A stretch of DNA of 63,849 nucleotides, counting the filler, from Nanobdellota archaeon (GTDB lineage: Archaea; Nanobdellota; Nanobdellia; Woesearchaeales; CAZZGN01): assembly GCA_051819665.1 (NCBI GenBank). It is 3 parts of 3 records of this genome, joined end to end, with 100 filler letters (N's around TTAATTAATTAA, not from the genome) between each part and the next. Parts side by side here need not be neighbours in the genome. Positions count along the whole stretch, not along the records: positions 1 to 25,481 come from JBNJDG010000011.1; 2 more parts are not named here. One strand, written 5' to 3'. Position numbers and translations under genes: made by a program. Positions 8,694 to 18,965 of the stretch are shown here, in pieces. Below the pieces are notes generated by a model that had not been told where the DNA came from, ran no database searches, and was given only the letters and a program-made list of their open reading frames with translations. Numbering within the stretch: the first letter of the stretch is position 1; the number at the start of each line of letters is the position of its first letter.

Positions 8694-11111
8694 TCATGAG
8701 TGACTGACCCTGCTCACATGCCCTTCCTTCTCGACCCTGATGACATTCCCGACAAAGCTCTCCACCTTCGGTTCATGGCTGACCATGATGACCTGCTTAA
8801 CTGTAAGTTCAGAGAGTATATCCCTTATCTTATCCAGTTGTTCAGAAGAAAAGCCGTCTGTAGGCTCATCCAGGATGATTATATCTTTAGTCTTTATCTG
8901 CTCTATCAGGTCGTTAAGGACCTTATTCAGTGAGAGGCGGTAAGCGAGGGAAATGCTCTGCCTCTCACCTCCGCTGAGATCCCCGAAGTCAATATCAAAA
9001 CCGTTCTGGGTTATCCTCGGAGTGAAGTCCTCGTCAAGTACAGCTGTAAGATCTCCCTCAATCAGGAAGCTAAGCCATCTCTCGAAGAGTTCATCAAACT
9101 CAGTATGGATCCTGGCCATGACATTCCTCTCAATATTAGTCATCAGGGTTATGAAATACTCATCCAGCCACTTCCTTAACATCTCAAGCCTGGAGATCTT
9201 CCTCTTGCTCTCCTCCTTCCTCTTGATATCCTCGTTTATCGAATCCATCCATTTACCTAAGCTTTCTTTCTCTTTCTCAAAGGAGGATAATGACATGTTG
9301 AAAGAATTCTCCTTTTCCCTGAGGTGTTCGAGCTGCTTCTTCCTTCTCTCAAGCTCCTCCTCAACATGAGGATCAAGCCTGATCTCCTGCTTCTTCCTGT
9401 TTATGCTTCCTATATCTTTCTTTAGCGAAGCTATCTCATCCTCAATTGACTTTATCTGCTGCTTCCTGTCCTTTATGCCTGACTCTATGCTCTCTAACTT
9501 GAGTTTCTTTCGGTTCTCCTCCTTCACTTTAGCCAGCAGCTCCCTCATTTCGGAAAGTTTCTTCCCATCTATCCCTGGGAGCGAGGATAACTCTTCCTCG
9601 AACTTTTTCTTCTCCTGCTCATAAGCTGAGAGGGAAGACCTCTTCTGTTCCTGTTCTTTCTTCTTCTCTTTAAGGGAATCCAGTCTGGCCTTGAGCTCAT
9701 AATAGGATCTTTCCTTCTTCTCCTCTTCCTCAAGAGCCTTCTTAATTTGGTCTAAATTAAGAGAAGACAACTTCTTGTTGATAGCTTCTTTCTCAGAAAG
9801 GAGCTTATTTAGCTTCTCGTCCGCCTCATTAGAGATATGATCCTTATGATCCTCTCCCACTTTTTGGAGACACATCGGGCATTCGTCCATCGAGCTTACC
9901 TTCTCTTTAGTTTCCCTCTCCCTCGAGATCTCGGCCTCGAGACGGTTCAGCCTGGCCTTCAGCCTCTCCTGCTCTTTCTCGGCAGAGGACAGCTTATCCT
10001 TAACTTCCTGCTTCTTAATCTCCGGAAATTTTATCTTCGAGATCTCACTGTCAATATCCTCTTTGATCTCTTCCTTCATTGAGCTGATCTTCTCAGAGAC
10101 AGAGCTTATTTTCTCTTTGAGAACTTTCTCACGGGTAAGCACATCATTCTGCCTCTTCTTCTCCTGCTCTATCTCTCTCTCGAGCTTATCCTCATCATGC
10201 TCCATCCTCTTATAGCTGAGCTCTGCCTTCTCCTTCTCAAGCCCCTCGACCTTTTTCCTCAGCTCTTCCTTCTTACGGTTGTTATCCTCTATGGCCTTGG
10301 CTTTATCCTTAAGCCTGTTATCAAGCACAGAAAGCTTATTCTTCAGCTTGTTCTGCTCCTCGGCTTTCTTCTCATAATCTTCAACCGCTTTCTTAAATTC
10401 CTCTATCTCTTCTTCCAGAGCCTTAAGGGCTTGCTTCACCGGCTTCATCCTCTCTTCTATAGCCTTATGCTCCTCCTTCTTCTCTGAAAGCTCCTTCTTC
10501 TTATCAGCAAGATCAGCTATCTTCCCCTCTAAACCAGCTTTTCGATTCTTTAGTTCTCTCAGATAAACAGAGATGTTCTCCCTTATGGTCTTGTACTTGT
10601 CTATATTGAATATCCTCCTCAATGTGTCGAGCCTTGACTCGGGAGAATCCATCAGGATGCGCTTCATATCTTCCTGCGGTGTGTAGACTGTAAAGCGGAA
10701 TATGCTGTCCTTAGATTTGGAGAGAAGCTCTTTAGGATAACCAAGGAGAGAGAATACCCTTGCCTTTAGCTCAAGTGGTGTAAGTTCTGTCTTTACACCA
10801 TCAACAACAATAAATCCGTTATCCTGCTTGACAGTACCTCTTGCTCTCTTCAAAGACCTCTTGATTACAACCTCCCTGCCTTCAATGGAGAGCTCTACCT
10901 GGACATGACCCTCTTTCTCGCCGTTCCTCAGAAGCGATGATCCCGAGAACTCGCCTCTCTTGACACCGAAAAGAGCAAACTCTACAGCCAGGAGTATTGT
11001 TGACTTTCCTGAGCCTATGTCACCGCTTAAAAGCACAGAACCTTTAGGGAACTTTATCTTCTCAGATCTGTAGGACCTGATGTTCGAGAGCTCAACTGAA
11101 TTTATGATCAT
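8694..11111 (-). CDS. rad50: Rad50/SbcC-type SMC ATPase
   Basis: Walker A GDIGSGKS, long coiled coil with central CPMC zinc hook, LSGGE signature, ILDEPT, VSH. Confidence 0.88.
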   Translation of the reverse strand: MIINSVELSNIRSYRSEKIKFPKGSVLLSGDIGSGKSTILLAVEFALFGVKRGEFSGSSLLRNGEKEGHVQVELSIEGREVVIKRSLKRARGTVKQDNGFIVVDGVKTELTPLELKARVFSLLGYPKELLSKSKDSIFRFTVYTPQEDMKRILMDSPESRLDTLRRIFNIDKYKTIRENISVYLRELKNRKAGLEGKIADLADKKKELSEKKEEHKAIEERMKPVKQALKALEEEIEEFKKAVEDYEKKAEEQNKLKNKLSVLDNRLKDKAKAIEDNNRKKEELRKKVEGLEKEKAELSYKRMEHDEDKLEREIEQEKKRQNDVLTREKVLKEKISSVSEKISSMKEEIKEDIDSEISKIKFPEIKKQEVKDKLSSAEKEQERLKARLNRLEAEISRERETKEKVSSMDECPMCLQKVGEDHKDHISNEADEKLNKLLSEKEAINKKLSSLNLDQIKKALEEEEKKERSYYELKARLDSLKEKKKEQEQKRSSLSAYEQEKKKFEEELSSLPGIDGKKLSEMRELLAKVKEENRKKLKLESIESGIKDRKQQIKSIEDEIASLKKDIGSINRKKQEIRLDPHVEEELERRKKQLEHLREKENSFNMSLSSFEKEKESLGKWMDSINEDIKRKEESKRKISRLEMLRKWLDEYFITLMTNIERNVMARIHTEFDELFERWLSFLIEGDLTAVLDEDFTPRITQNGFDIDFGDLSGGERQSISLAYRLSLNKVLNDLIEQIKTKDIIILDEPTDGFSSEQLDKIRDILSELTVKQVIMVSHEPKVESFVGNVIRVEKEGHVSRVSHS

Positions 11112-11151
11112 AAAGAAAAAGTAAGTCTGGTTGATTTAAATTTCTAACGAT

Positions 11152-11991
11152 TTATCTGTAGCTCTCTATCTGTATGCCCTGATCACCCATCCCTGGTAAT
11201 TTATTCATATTTTTTCTGTAATTTTCCTCAAGAGAGACATCAAAAGTCTCCTCAGCTGACCGGTAGATCTCCTTAACCTCTTCTTGCTTAGGTATTATCG
11301 CCTCAGGATCCCTGCTATTCTTCATATCTTCAATAAGGGGGTTTGCCTTTGACTCTACAAATTCCTTTACAATATCATCATAAGCATTATCCAGATCTTC
11401 CACTGTATCGGGAGATGAATGGTTCCTTACAGCTCCATTATCCTTATAGTTCTTTATCTCTTTCATCTGACTCTCAAAACGAGGATTCTCCCTGGAGATA
11501 TTATTATATATCATATCCGATAATTCTTCATTGAACTCTCCTAGTACTTTTCCAACATTCTCCTCTGCCTCGTCTGCCATGGAAAGAGTTATATGATCCC
11601 TGTTTCTCTTATCCTCCATGAATCCTTCGTATGAACTGACCCCCTTTACAACATCATTAAGGCCAATACCTCCCTGGAATACAGGTTCTTCTTTAACATT
11701 ATATTTCGGCTGTCCTTTGCTTTTCTCGTCATCACCACGAAGGTCAAGCTGGGGTATGCTATTTTCGGTAAAATAGAAGGAGGGTCCGCCTGGTGTATAA
11801 TCTGAACTCCTGTCAGGGAACATAATCCTACTTAGACCGGTCTTCTCTATTATTTCGCTACAAAACTGATTAATAGAAAATCTCACATTATTTCCCTGAC
11901 TACTTTGCCTATGCTTTTCACTATCATAATTTCTAATCAATCTTAAGACACCATAAAGAGGATTCTTTACAGATATATAAATGTTTTTCAT
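11152..11991 (-). CDS. hypothetical protein (start uncertain)
   Basis: 279-aa ORF filling the gap; no motif recognised. Confidence 0.5.
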   Translation of the reverse strand: MKNIYISVKNPLYGVLRLIRNYDSEKHRQSSQGNNVRFSINQFCSEIIEKTGLSRIMFPDRSSDYTPGGPSFYFTENSIPQLDLRGDDEKSKGQPKYNVKEEPVFQGGIGLNDVVKGVSSYEGFMEDKRNRDHITLSMADEAEENVGKVLGEFNEELSDMIYNNISRENPRFESQMKEIKNYKDNGAVRNHSSPDTVEDLDNAYDDIVKEFVESKANPLIEDMKNSRDPEAIIPKQEEVKEIYRSAEETFDVSLEENYRKNMNKLPGMGDQGIQIESYR

Positions 11992-12089
11992 GTATCCCTA
12001 CTAAAGAGTACTTATCAGAACGGACCTTTTCACAAACCTTAAATATTAATAAGAGCCCTTTTACTGAACACGGCCAAGAGGTGACCTCA

Positions 12090-13064
12090 ATGAATTACGA
12101 TAAAGAAGATATGTATTCAGTATTGAAGAATTTCCCGGAACAGATAGACGAAGGGATAAAATTAGCGAAGGACATCAAGGCAGAAGGGGATTTCGATAAG
12201 ATCTTCTTCCTCGGCATGGGCGGAAGTGCTCTCCCCGGAGATATGATGAAGGACTACCTTACAGAGCTGCCTGTCTATGTGGTCAAGGGCTATAACATCC
12301 CTAAATTCATGGATGAGAAAAGCCTCGTTTTTGCCATATCATATTCAGGCAATACTGAAGAGACCATAAGCGCCTTCAGGGAAGCATCAAAGACCAAGGC
12401 AAAGATGATCACTATAAGTTCAGGAGGAAAGCTTGAAGAACTCTCGAAAGTGACTGGCTGCCAGCATATAAAAGTCCCGAAGGGCATCCAGCCGAGGCAG
12501 GCAATCGGCTATCAGTTCTTCCCCCCTTTTATGATCCTCCAGAACTCAGGGATAATAGAGGACAAATCCGAAGAGATAAAGAACACGAAGAATGTCCTGA
12601 AGAAAGACATTTATGATGGGAATGGCAAAGAGCTCGCATTAAAGCTCTACAATAAGATCCCCCTGATCTACTCCTCCGACAGGATGTCAACAATAGCGGA
12701 GAAGTGGAAGATAAGCTTCAACGAGAATGCTAAGATGCAGGCCTTCCATAATGTATTCCCTGAGCTCAACCATAATGAGATGAATTCTTACATCAATCTC
12801 AACGGAGAATTCTACACTCTCATAATCAAGGACGAGGATGACCTTCCAAGGGTCAAGAAAAGGATGAAGATAACCAAAGAGCTCATCAGGGAGAAAGGCG
12901 TCGATGTGGTTGAGCTTGTCCTCAGGGGAGACTATAAACTGGCCAAACTCTTATCAAGCATGTACATGTCAGACTGGGTCGCTTACCATACAGCTTTACT
13001 GCTGGAGACTGATCCGACTCCTGTAGACATGGTTGAGGACTTCAAGAAGAGGCTCAAGGAATGA
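12090..13064 (+). CDS. bifunctional phosphoglucose/phosphomannose isomerase
   Basis: GMGGSA, SYSGNTEET, QPR, NENAK, PELNHNE, DPTPV; GAGGTGA SD before ATG 12090. Confidence 0.93.
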   Translation: MNYDKEDMYSVLKNFPEQIDEGIKLAKDIKAEGDFDKIFFLGMGGSALPGDMMKDYLTELPVYVVKGYNIPKFMDEKSLVFAISYSGNTEETISAFREASKTKAKMITISSGGKLEELSKVTGCQHIKVPKGIQPRQAIGYQFFPPFMILQNSGIIEDKSEEIKNTKNVLKKDIYDGNGKELALKLYNKIPLIYSSDRMSTIAEKWKISFNENAKMQAFHNVFPELNHNEMNSYINLNGEFYTLIIKDEDDLPRVKKRMKITKELIREKGVDVVELVLRGDYKLAKLLSSMYMSDWVAYHTALLLETDPTPVDMVEDFKKRLKE

Positions 13065-13855
13065 GGATAGGTGTTGATATAGGAGGAACAAGCATAAAGG
13101 CAGGTCTTGTTGAGGGAAAAAATGTAGCAAGGTCCGCTCAGAGGGAAACTCCCAAGAAGAAGACAGAGATAATTGAAACCATAAAGGACCTCATAGAGGA
13201 CCTGAAGGAAAGTCCCGAAGATATAGAAAGTATCGGCGTGGGCACCCCTGGTCCTTTCAGGGATACTGAAAGGCTTGACAAGCCGGGCAATCTCGATCTC
13301 GAGGGAGTCTCCCTCAAAGAAGAACTCCCTTATGATATAAAGCTGGATAATGATGCTAACTGCTTCACCCTGGCTGAGGCCATGTTCGGAGCAGGAAAAG
13401 ACAAAAGAACTGTAGCCGGGATCACTCTCGGTACAGGCATCGGCGGAGGTCTTGTAACAGACAAGAGAGTCTACAGGGGCAGGGCCAATGCGATGGAGGT
13501 CTTCAACATCATCATAGACAAGGATAAAAGGACTGAGGATCTCATAGGCAGGAAGGCCTTTGAAGAAAGGTTCGGCATGAGCCAGTATGAAGCATCCGTG
13601 AAAGCGAGGGAGAAAGACAAGGATGCTCTCGAAGCATGGAAAGAATTCGGAAAGATACTTGCGGTGCTTGTCAACAATGTTATCACTACACTCGATCCGG
13701 AGATCGTAGTCATCGGAGGGAAAGTCTCCGAAGCATGGGATTTCTTCAGTGAAGCGATGATGAAAAAGCTTGAAGAGCTCTCCAAGTTTTCACCTCCACC
13801 TGTTAAAAAGAAAGAGGTAGAACATTCAGGTATTGTCGGAGCTGCCCACCTCTGA
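13061..13855 (+). CDS. ROK family sugar kinase
   Basis: GVDIGGT, NDANCF.LAE, TLGTGIGGG, DPE.VVIGG. Confidence 0.9.
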   Translation: MRIGVDIGGTSIKAGLVEGKNVARSAQRETPKKKTEIIETIKDLIEDLKESPEDIESIGVGTPGPFRDTERLDKPGNLDLEGVSLKEELPYDIKLDNDANCFTLAEAMFGAGKDKRTVAGITLGTGIGGGLVTDKRVYRGRANAMEVFNIIIDKDKRTEDLIGRKAFEERFGMSQYEASVKAREKDKDALEAWKEFGKILAVLVNNVITTLDPEIVVIGGKVSEAWDFFSEAMMKKLEELSKFSPPPVKKKEVEHSGIVGAAHL

Positions 13856-13934
13856 TTCTTTGTTACTTCAAAGTAAATACATAAAGAAAGATTTAAATAA
13901 TAGTTTTGATTCCTAAGGAGTAACAGGTGACACA

Positions 13935-14744
13935 ATGATTATCGAAAAGAAATTCCTAGACAAGCTCAAACAATTCGGACTCAACAGCTACGAAGCAAAG
14001 ATATGGGCCGCGCTCCTCTCAAGGGGAGTCTCTACGGCAGGAGAGCTTTCAGATATTTCTAATGTACCAAGATCAAGAAGCTATGATGTTCTCGAGAGCC
14101 TCGAAAAGAAAGGTTTCATAATCATGAAGATCGGCAAGCCTATCAAGTATATAGCCGTGGAACCTTCTGAAGTAGTTGAAAGGGTCAAGAAAGATACACT
14201 CACCAATGCGAAGAAACAGGCAGAGGTGCTTGACGAAGTCAAGGAGACCGAGATGTTCAAGCAGCTTTCAGCCCTCCACAGCAACGGGCTTGAGATGGTA
14301 GACCCAAGTGATATGAGCGGGAACCTGAAGAGCAGGGATCATGTATACAGTCAGATGGACAGCATGATAAAATCAGCAGAAGAGTCTGTTGACATCATAA
14401 CTACCAGCGAAGGTCTTAACCGTAAAGCCAAAGCCCTTAAGAAAGCTTTCAAGAAAGCTAATAAACGAGGGGTCTCTATCAGGATCCTGGCACCTGTGAA
14501 CAATGATACCGAAAGATCCATAGATGATATTTCTGAATTTGTCGAAGTGAGGAATATTGAGAAGATAAAGGCGAGGACATGTATAGTTGATAAGAAGGAA
14601 ATAGCTTTCATGATAATGGACGATAAGAAAGTCGACCCAAGCTTTGACGGCGGTATCTGGCTCAACACAGAGTTCTTCGCGAACGCTCTCAGCCAGATGT
14701 TCGAAGAAGCCTGGAAAAAGGCCGAAGTGACCGTCAAGAACTGA
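13935..14744 (+). CDS. TrmB family transcriptional regulator
   Basis: GLNSYEAK...VPRSRSYDVLESLEKKGF wHTH followed by a PLD-like effector domain. Confidence 0.9.
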   Translation: MIIEKKFLDKLKQFGLNSYEAKIWAALLSRGVSTAGELSDISNVPRSRSYDVLESLEKKGFIIMKIGKPIKYIAVEPSEVVERVKKDTLTNAKKQAEVLDEVKETEMFKQLSALHSNGLEMVDPSDMSGNLKSRDHVYSQMDSMIKSAEESVDIITTSEGLNRKAKALKKAFKKANKRGVSIRILAPVNNDTERSIDDISEFVEVRNIEKIKARTCIVDKKEIAFMIMDDKKVDPSFDGGIWLNTEFFANALSQMFEEAWKKAEVTVKN

Positions 14745-14867
14745 TTAGCTATAATTTTATTTTAAATTTCCACATGTATATTTTTAGGCTTCTCAAAACG
14801 CAAGATTTATAAATGGTATGCCTATCCCATTTCTTGGGTTTAGAGGATTCTATAGGTGAATCTGACA

Positions 14868-15257
14868 ATGGAATATAATCAATTAATGAACAAGATTGCT
14901 GAAGAGCTGAAAGGAAAAGTGAAGGCGCCTAACTGGGCTCCCTTCGTAAAGACAGGACCGCACAAGGAAAGACCACCCGTTGACAAGGAGTGGTGGTACA
15001 CCAGACTGGCTTCGATCCTTCTCACAGTAAAGGACAAAGGACCAATTGGCGTATCAAAGCTAAGGACCAAATATGGCGGGAAGAAAAGGAGAGGATACAA
15101 GCCCTCAACATTCATGAAAGGTTCAGGAAGCATTGTAAGGAAAGCCATGCAACAGCTTGAAGAACAGAAGCTTGTGCAGCAGGCAGCTGTTGGTGTACAC
15201 AAAGGGAGAGTAATCACAAAAGAAGGTGCTGAACTCATAAATAAGGTGAAGGAGTGA
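14868..15257 (+). CDS. rps19e: 30S ribosomal protein S19e
   Basis: PNWAPFVKTG..KERPP...WWY.R.AS, GSGSIVRKAMQQLE. Confidence 0.96.
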   Translation: MEYNQLMNKIAEELKGKVKAPNWAPFVKTGPHKERPPVDKEWWYTRLASILLTVKDKGPIGVSKLRTKYGGKKRRGYKPSTFMKGSGSIVRKAMQQLEEQKLVQQAAVGVHKGRVITKEGAELINKVKE

Positions 15258-15262
15258 TTACA

Positions 15263-15436
15263 ATGGCAAGGTACATACATCCCAGCAGGAAAAAAAGACT
15301 GGCAAAGAAAGGCAAGCAGACCAGATGGGCACCTTTCTGGACTGTCCCTAAGAAGTACGGCAAAGGAAGAAGGGTCCACCCGGGCAGGCACACGGCTGTC
15401 AAGAGGAACTGGAGAAGGACCAACACTAAAGCATAA
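15263..15436 (+). CDS. rpl39e: 50S ribosomal protein L39e
   Basis: KKRLAK..KQ.R..P.W...K and RNWRR; lies between S19e and L31e. Confidence 0.9.
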   Translation: MARYIHPSRKKRLAKKGKQTRWAPFWTVPKKYGKGRRVHPGRHTAVKRNWRRTNTKA

Positions 15437-15447
15437 AGGTAGATAAA

Positions 15448-15933
15448 ATGAGAACTTATAATATTCCTTTAAGAAGAGACTTTCTCAAGACGCCCGGATA
15501 CAAGAGGTCCAAGAGAGCTGTATCTGCTGTGAAAGAATTCCTGAAGAAACACATGAAAACAGAGAATGTCAATCTCAGCAACAGCATAAACCTCAGGATC
15601 TGGGAGAACGGCATAAGGAATCCTCCGCACCATATAAAGGTTAACACCAAAACGGTCGAGGGAGTAACTTACGCTGTCCTGGAAGGTGAGAACTTTCCCG
15701 TAGAAGAAGAGAAAAAGAAGTCCAAGAAGAAGGACACTAAAGAAGATAAGGGTAAGAAGGAAGAGGAGAAATCCGAACAGAAGTCTGAGGATCTGGAGAA
15801 AAAGACCACAGAGTCTGAAGAGAACAAGCCTGCAGATGACTCCAAGGAAAGCGGTGAGAAGAAAACTGAAAATAAGGCCGCGGAAAAACAGGCCAAGAAA
15901 CAGGAAAACTCCCAAAAATCCGGTTCTGAATAA
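15448..15933 (+). CDS. rpl31e: 50S ribosomal protein L31e with K/E-rich C-terminal tail
   Basis: YNIPLR, KR..RA...KEFL.KHMK, IW.NGIRNPP.HIKV. Confidence 0.93.
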   Translation: MRTYNIPLRRDFLKTPGYKRSKRAVSAVKEFLKKHMKTENVNLSNSINLRIWENGIRNPPHHIKVNTKTVEGVTYAVLEGENFPVEEEKKKSKKKDTKEDKGKKEEEKSEQKSEDLEKKTTESEENKPADDSKESGEKKTENKAAEKQAKKQENSQKSGSE

Positions 15934-15970
15934 AAAAATTTATATACCTTTATTTCTATTTTATTATAAT

Positions 15971-16285
15971 ATGTCTAAAGAAGATGAATATGAGGACATG
16001 ACAGAGAACTTCATTGAAGTCCAGGAAGATCCCAAGATGGATGTCAAATTCTACAAGGTATCAGAGAACCTGGAGACAAAGGAGATCACCCGAGGGCTTA
16101 AGAAGGGTAATGAGATACAGATAATCAATCTGGAGCCTCTGATGGATGATCCTGCCACTCTCAGGGTCTTCATAAACAAGATAAGGAGGATCTCGGACCA
16201 ATATTCGATCACGATGAAGATTTACGGGAAACACTGGCTCCTCATACTCCCTGAGAATGTCACCTTTGAAATGGGTGAAGAATGA
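15971..16285 (+). CDS. archaeal SepF-like cell division protein
   Basis: Acidic N-terminus, L..GN.I.IIN..PL, ..KI.R.....G..WLLI.P..V pattern. Confidence 0.6.
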   Translation: MSKEDEYEDMTENFIEVQEDPKMDVKFYKVSENLETKEITRGLKKGNEIQIINLEPLMDDPATLRVFINKIRRISDQYSITMKIYGKHWLLILPENVTFEMGEE

Positions 16286-16641
16286 TGGATAATATAAAGG
16301 ACATCTCTTCTTCCCTGAGAGATTTTGAGAACAGGGTGAACAAGCTGGAGAACTCTTCTCAACAGGTAATGTATGAGATAAACCACAGGGATCAGCTTCT
16401 CAAGGATATAGATAAAGAGAAGAAAAGAGAGATCAGAGAACAGAAGAAGGAGATCCATGATCTGAGGAACCAGATCGACAGTTTCAATAAAGAGATCAAA
16501 CACACCATCCATGAGATGAAGAAACTCGGTACCGGCAAAGAACTTAATGATGTTAAAGAGAAGATAGAGAACATGCAATATGAAGAGCTTGTGACCGAGC
16601 AGGGCATCAGGAGGATGGTCAGAGAACAATTGAAACAATAA
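16282..16641 (+). CDS. coiled-coil hypothetical protein
   Basis: Heptad-rich; ATGA overlap with the upstream gene. Confidence 0.65.
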   Translation: MMDNIKDISSSLRDFENRVNKLENSSQQVMYEINHRDQLLKDIDKEKKREIREQKKEIHDLRNQIDSFNKEIKHTIHEMKKLGTGKELNDVKEKIENMQYEELVTEQGIRRMVREQLKQ

Positions 16642-16674
16642 ATTTTATAAATCAAGGAGGATTGTCGCGTTCTG

Positions 16675-16863
16675 ATGGTCAAGAAATGTATCATTTGTGG
16701 TGAGGTGGCCTCATACTGTATTAAAGGAAGCAGTGAGTTCTATTGTGAAGAATGTGCACAGGAAAACTTCTCTGATATAAACCTCCTGCAGGGCGTTGAA
16801 GAGAGGGCCAAGGCAATACATAAGCTTATAGAGGAGAAAAATGAAGAAAATAAAAGGGAATGA
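16675..16863 (+). CDS. small zinc-finger protein
   Basis: CxxC...C...YCxxC. Confidence 0.7.
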   Translation: MVKKCIICGEVASYCIKGSSEFYCEECAQENFSDINLLQGVEERAKAIHKLIEEKNEENKRE

Positions 16864-17809
16864 GAAGGTTAAGGAACAGATCAACTCCGCTTTGATCCTC
16901 TCGAGGAACATAATCCTGGTCGGACCGCCGGGAGTAGGGAAGACAACCCTTGCCAAGAGCGTGGCTAATACACTCAAGGCAATGGATGTAAAGGACTGCG
17001 GTTTCAACTGTTTACCAGGCAAACCTGAATGCCCAATCTGCAGATCAAGAGAGACAGGCACAAAGACCCTCAAGAACCGGTTCGTAAGGATACAGGGCAG
17101 TCCCGATCTTACTGTGGAAGACCTTATTGGTGATATAGACCCTATTAAAGCGATGGAATATGGCCCTTTAAGCATTGAAGCTTTCACACCCGGAAAGATA
17201 TTCAGGGCCAACAAGGGGATATTGTTCTTCGACGAGATCAACAGATGTCCTGAAAAACTGCAGAACGCTCTCCTTCAGGTCTTAGAAGAGAAGAGAGCGA
17301 CCATCGGAAACTATACCTTCGATCTTCCCGCAGATTTCATGCTCATAGCAACTATGAATCCTGAAGATTCTTCCACTGAAAGGCTTTCAGATGTTCTCCT
17401 TGACAGGTTCGACCTCATATATATGGACTTCCCCACAGAGATAGAGACCGAGATGAGCATAATCAAGGAGAATCTCAATGATATAAGCTCAACCATGCCT
17501 GAAGAGCTTATGGAACATACCATCTCTTTCGTCCAGAATCTCAGGGAGGACAAGAACCTTGAGAAAAGACCAGGCATAAGGGCTACAATCGGTCTGGTAA
17601 ACTGGGCAAGAGCAAGAGCACAGATAAACAAAAGAGAGAAAGCGACTCTTGAGGATGTAAGAGAGAGCATTGTACCTGTGATCAGCCACAGGATCAGGCT
17701 TAAACCGAGCCTCAAGTACCTGAAGAAGAATTCTGATTACCTCAAGAAGAGCTTCAAAGACTTCACCTCCGATACACAGGGCAAAGACAAAGAGAGTGAT
17801 TCACCCTAA
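16841..17809 (+). CDS. MoxR/ChlI-like AAA+ ATPase
   Basis: GPPGVGKT, Cys-rich insert, GIL FFDEINR, LQNALLQVLEE, ATMNP, LLDRF. Confidence 0.9.
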   Translation: MKKIKGNEKVKEQINSALILSRNIILVGPPGVGKTTLAKSVANTLKAMDVKDCGFNCLPGKPECPICRSRETGTKTLKNRFVRIQGSPDLTVEDLIGDIDPIKAMEYGPLSIEAFTPGKIFRANKGILFFDEINRCPEKLQNALLQVLEEKRATIGNYTFDLPADFMLIATMNPEDSSTERLSDVLLDRFDLIYMDFPTEIETEMSIIKENLNDISSTMPEELMEHTISFVQNLREDKNLEKRPGIRATIGLVNWARARAQINKREKATLEDVRESIVPVISHRIRLKPSLKYLKKNSDYLKKSFKDFTSDTQGKDKESDSP

Positions 17810-18965
17810 CATCGGAGAGAAGGAGAACATAGAGGAAGTCGACGGGAAGCTCGGCGGCACGGACGAAGATGACAAGCTCATGAGATCTGTCCTCTCTAAC
17901 GATAAGGAGAAGATCGACGAGGGGAAGATGATAAGCGATGCCGTGAACAGGGGCCTTGGTTCTTTTACGCCGGACATAATGTTCGAGAATCTTGTTGAGA
18001 AGTACCAGATGACCAAGAAGATGTACGGTGAAAGGCTCATCAGGAACCTGACAGGCTATGATGCTGATTATGTGGAAAGGAACAGGAACATCCCCGAATT
18101 CAGGGATGAGCTCAAGAAACAGATCAGCTCTAGGATCAAGAAACTGGAGAAAGATGAGCTCATCGATGAGGAAGGCATGGTGACTGATTATGGGCTTGAC
18201 CTTTCTTCTGTGATAGTTTACCTTGAAGAGCTTGAACACCTGAAGATGCACGGCATCTCAGGAGAGAAGATCAGGAAGGAGAAAGCGCACTACGGCGAGA
18301 AAGCCGAATCGAAAGACTTCAGGAGAGGGGACAGATATAAGGATATTGATGTAAGAGGTTCTGTAAAGAAATCCATAAAGAGAGGCCATGACAGGATCTC
18401 AAGAGATGATCTCAAGGTCAAGGAGAGACAGTCGAAGGGAAACATAGAGATAATCTATGCTATCGACGCATCTGCAAGCATGAAGGGCGAAAAGCTCGAG
18501 ATGGCAAAGAAAGCAGGCATTGCCCTCGCTTATAAGGCCACACAGGAGAAGAATAAAGTAGGGTTGATTGTTTTCGGTGATGAGATAAGGGAGGAATTCG
18601 AACCAAGCAATGATTTCGAGAAACTCCTCTACAGGATAAACCGGATAAGGGCCACTAATCAGACCAATATATCAAAGACTATCAACAGAGCAGGGAGACT
18701 TTTCAGCAGCAACAACTGCACAAAGCACCTCATGATGATAACTGATGCTATGCCCACAGAGGGAGAGGATCCGCATCAGGAAGCAATAGACTCCGCAGCT
18801 GAACTGAAAGATGTCACAACCTCTATAATAGGGATTAACCTCAATGAGGCCGGCACAGAACTCGCAAGAAAGATCACGGACATCTCGGAAGGCAGGCTTT
18901 CCATAGCCAAGAATATAAATAACCTGGACCTCCTTGTACTGGAGGATTACTCGAAGGAAAAATGA
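17796..18965 (+). CDS. VWA domain protein (ChlD-like partner of the AAA ATPase)
   Basis: MIDAS motif DASASM, T and ITD; directly follows the MoxR ATPase. Confidence 0.88.
   Translation: MIHPNIGEKENIEEVDGKLGGTDEDDKLMRSVLSNDKEKIDEGKMISDAVNRGLGSFTPDIMFENLVEKYQMTKKMYGERLIRNLTGYDADYVERNRNIPEFRDELKKQISSRIKKLEKDELIDEEGMVTDYGLDLSSVIVYLEELEHLKMHGISGEKIRKEKAHYGEKAESKDFRRGDRYKDIDVRGSVKKSIKRGHDRISRDDLKVKERQSKGNIEIIYAIDASASMKGEKLEMAKKAGIALAYKATQEKNKVGLIVFGDEIREEFEPSNDFEKLLYRINRIRATNQTNISKTINRAGRLFSSNNCTKHLMMITDAMPTEGEDPHQEAIDSAAELKDVTTSIIGINLNEAGTELARKITDISEGRLSIAKNINNLDLLVLEDYSKEK

Noticed and set aside
8694..11111. Defence-associated SMC (Wadjet/Lamassu)
   Set aside because: Zinc hook and motifs fit housekeeping Rad50, with no partner genes; mre11 is presumably elsewhere
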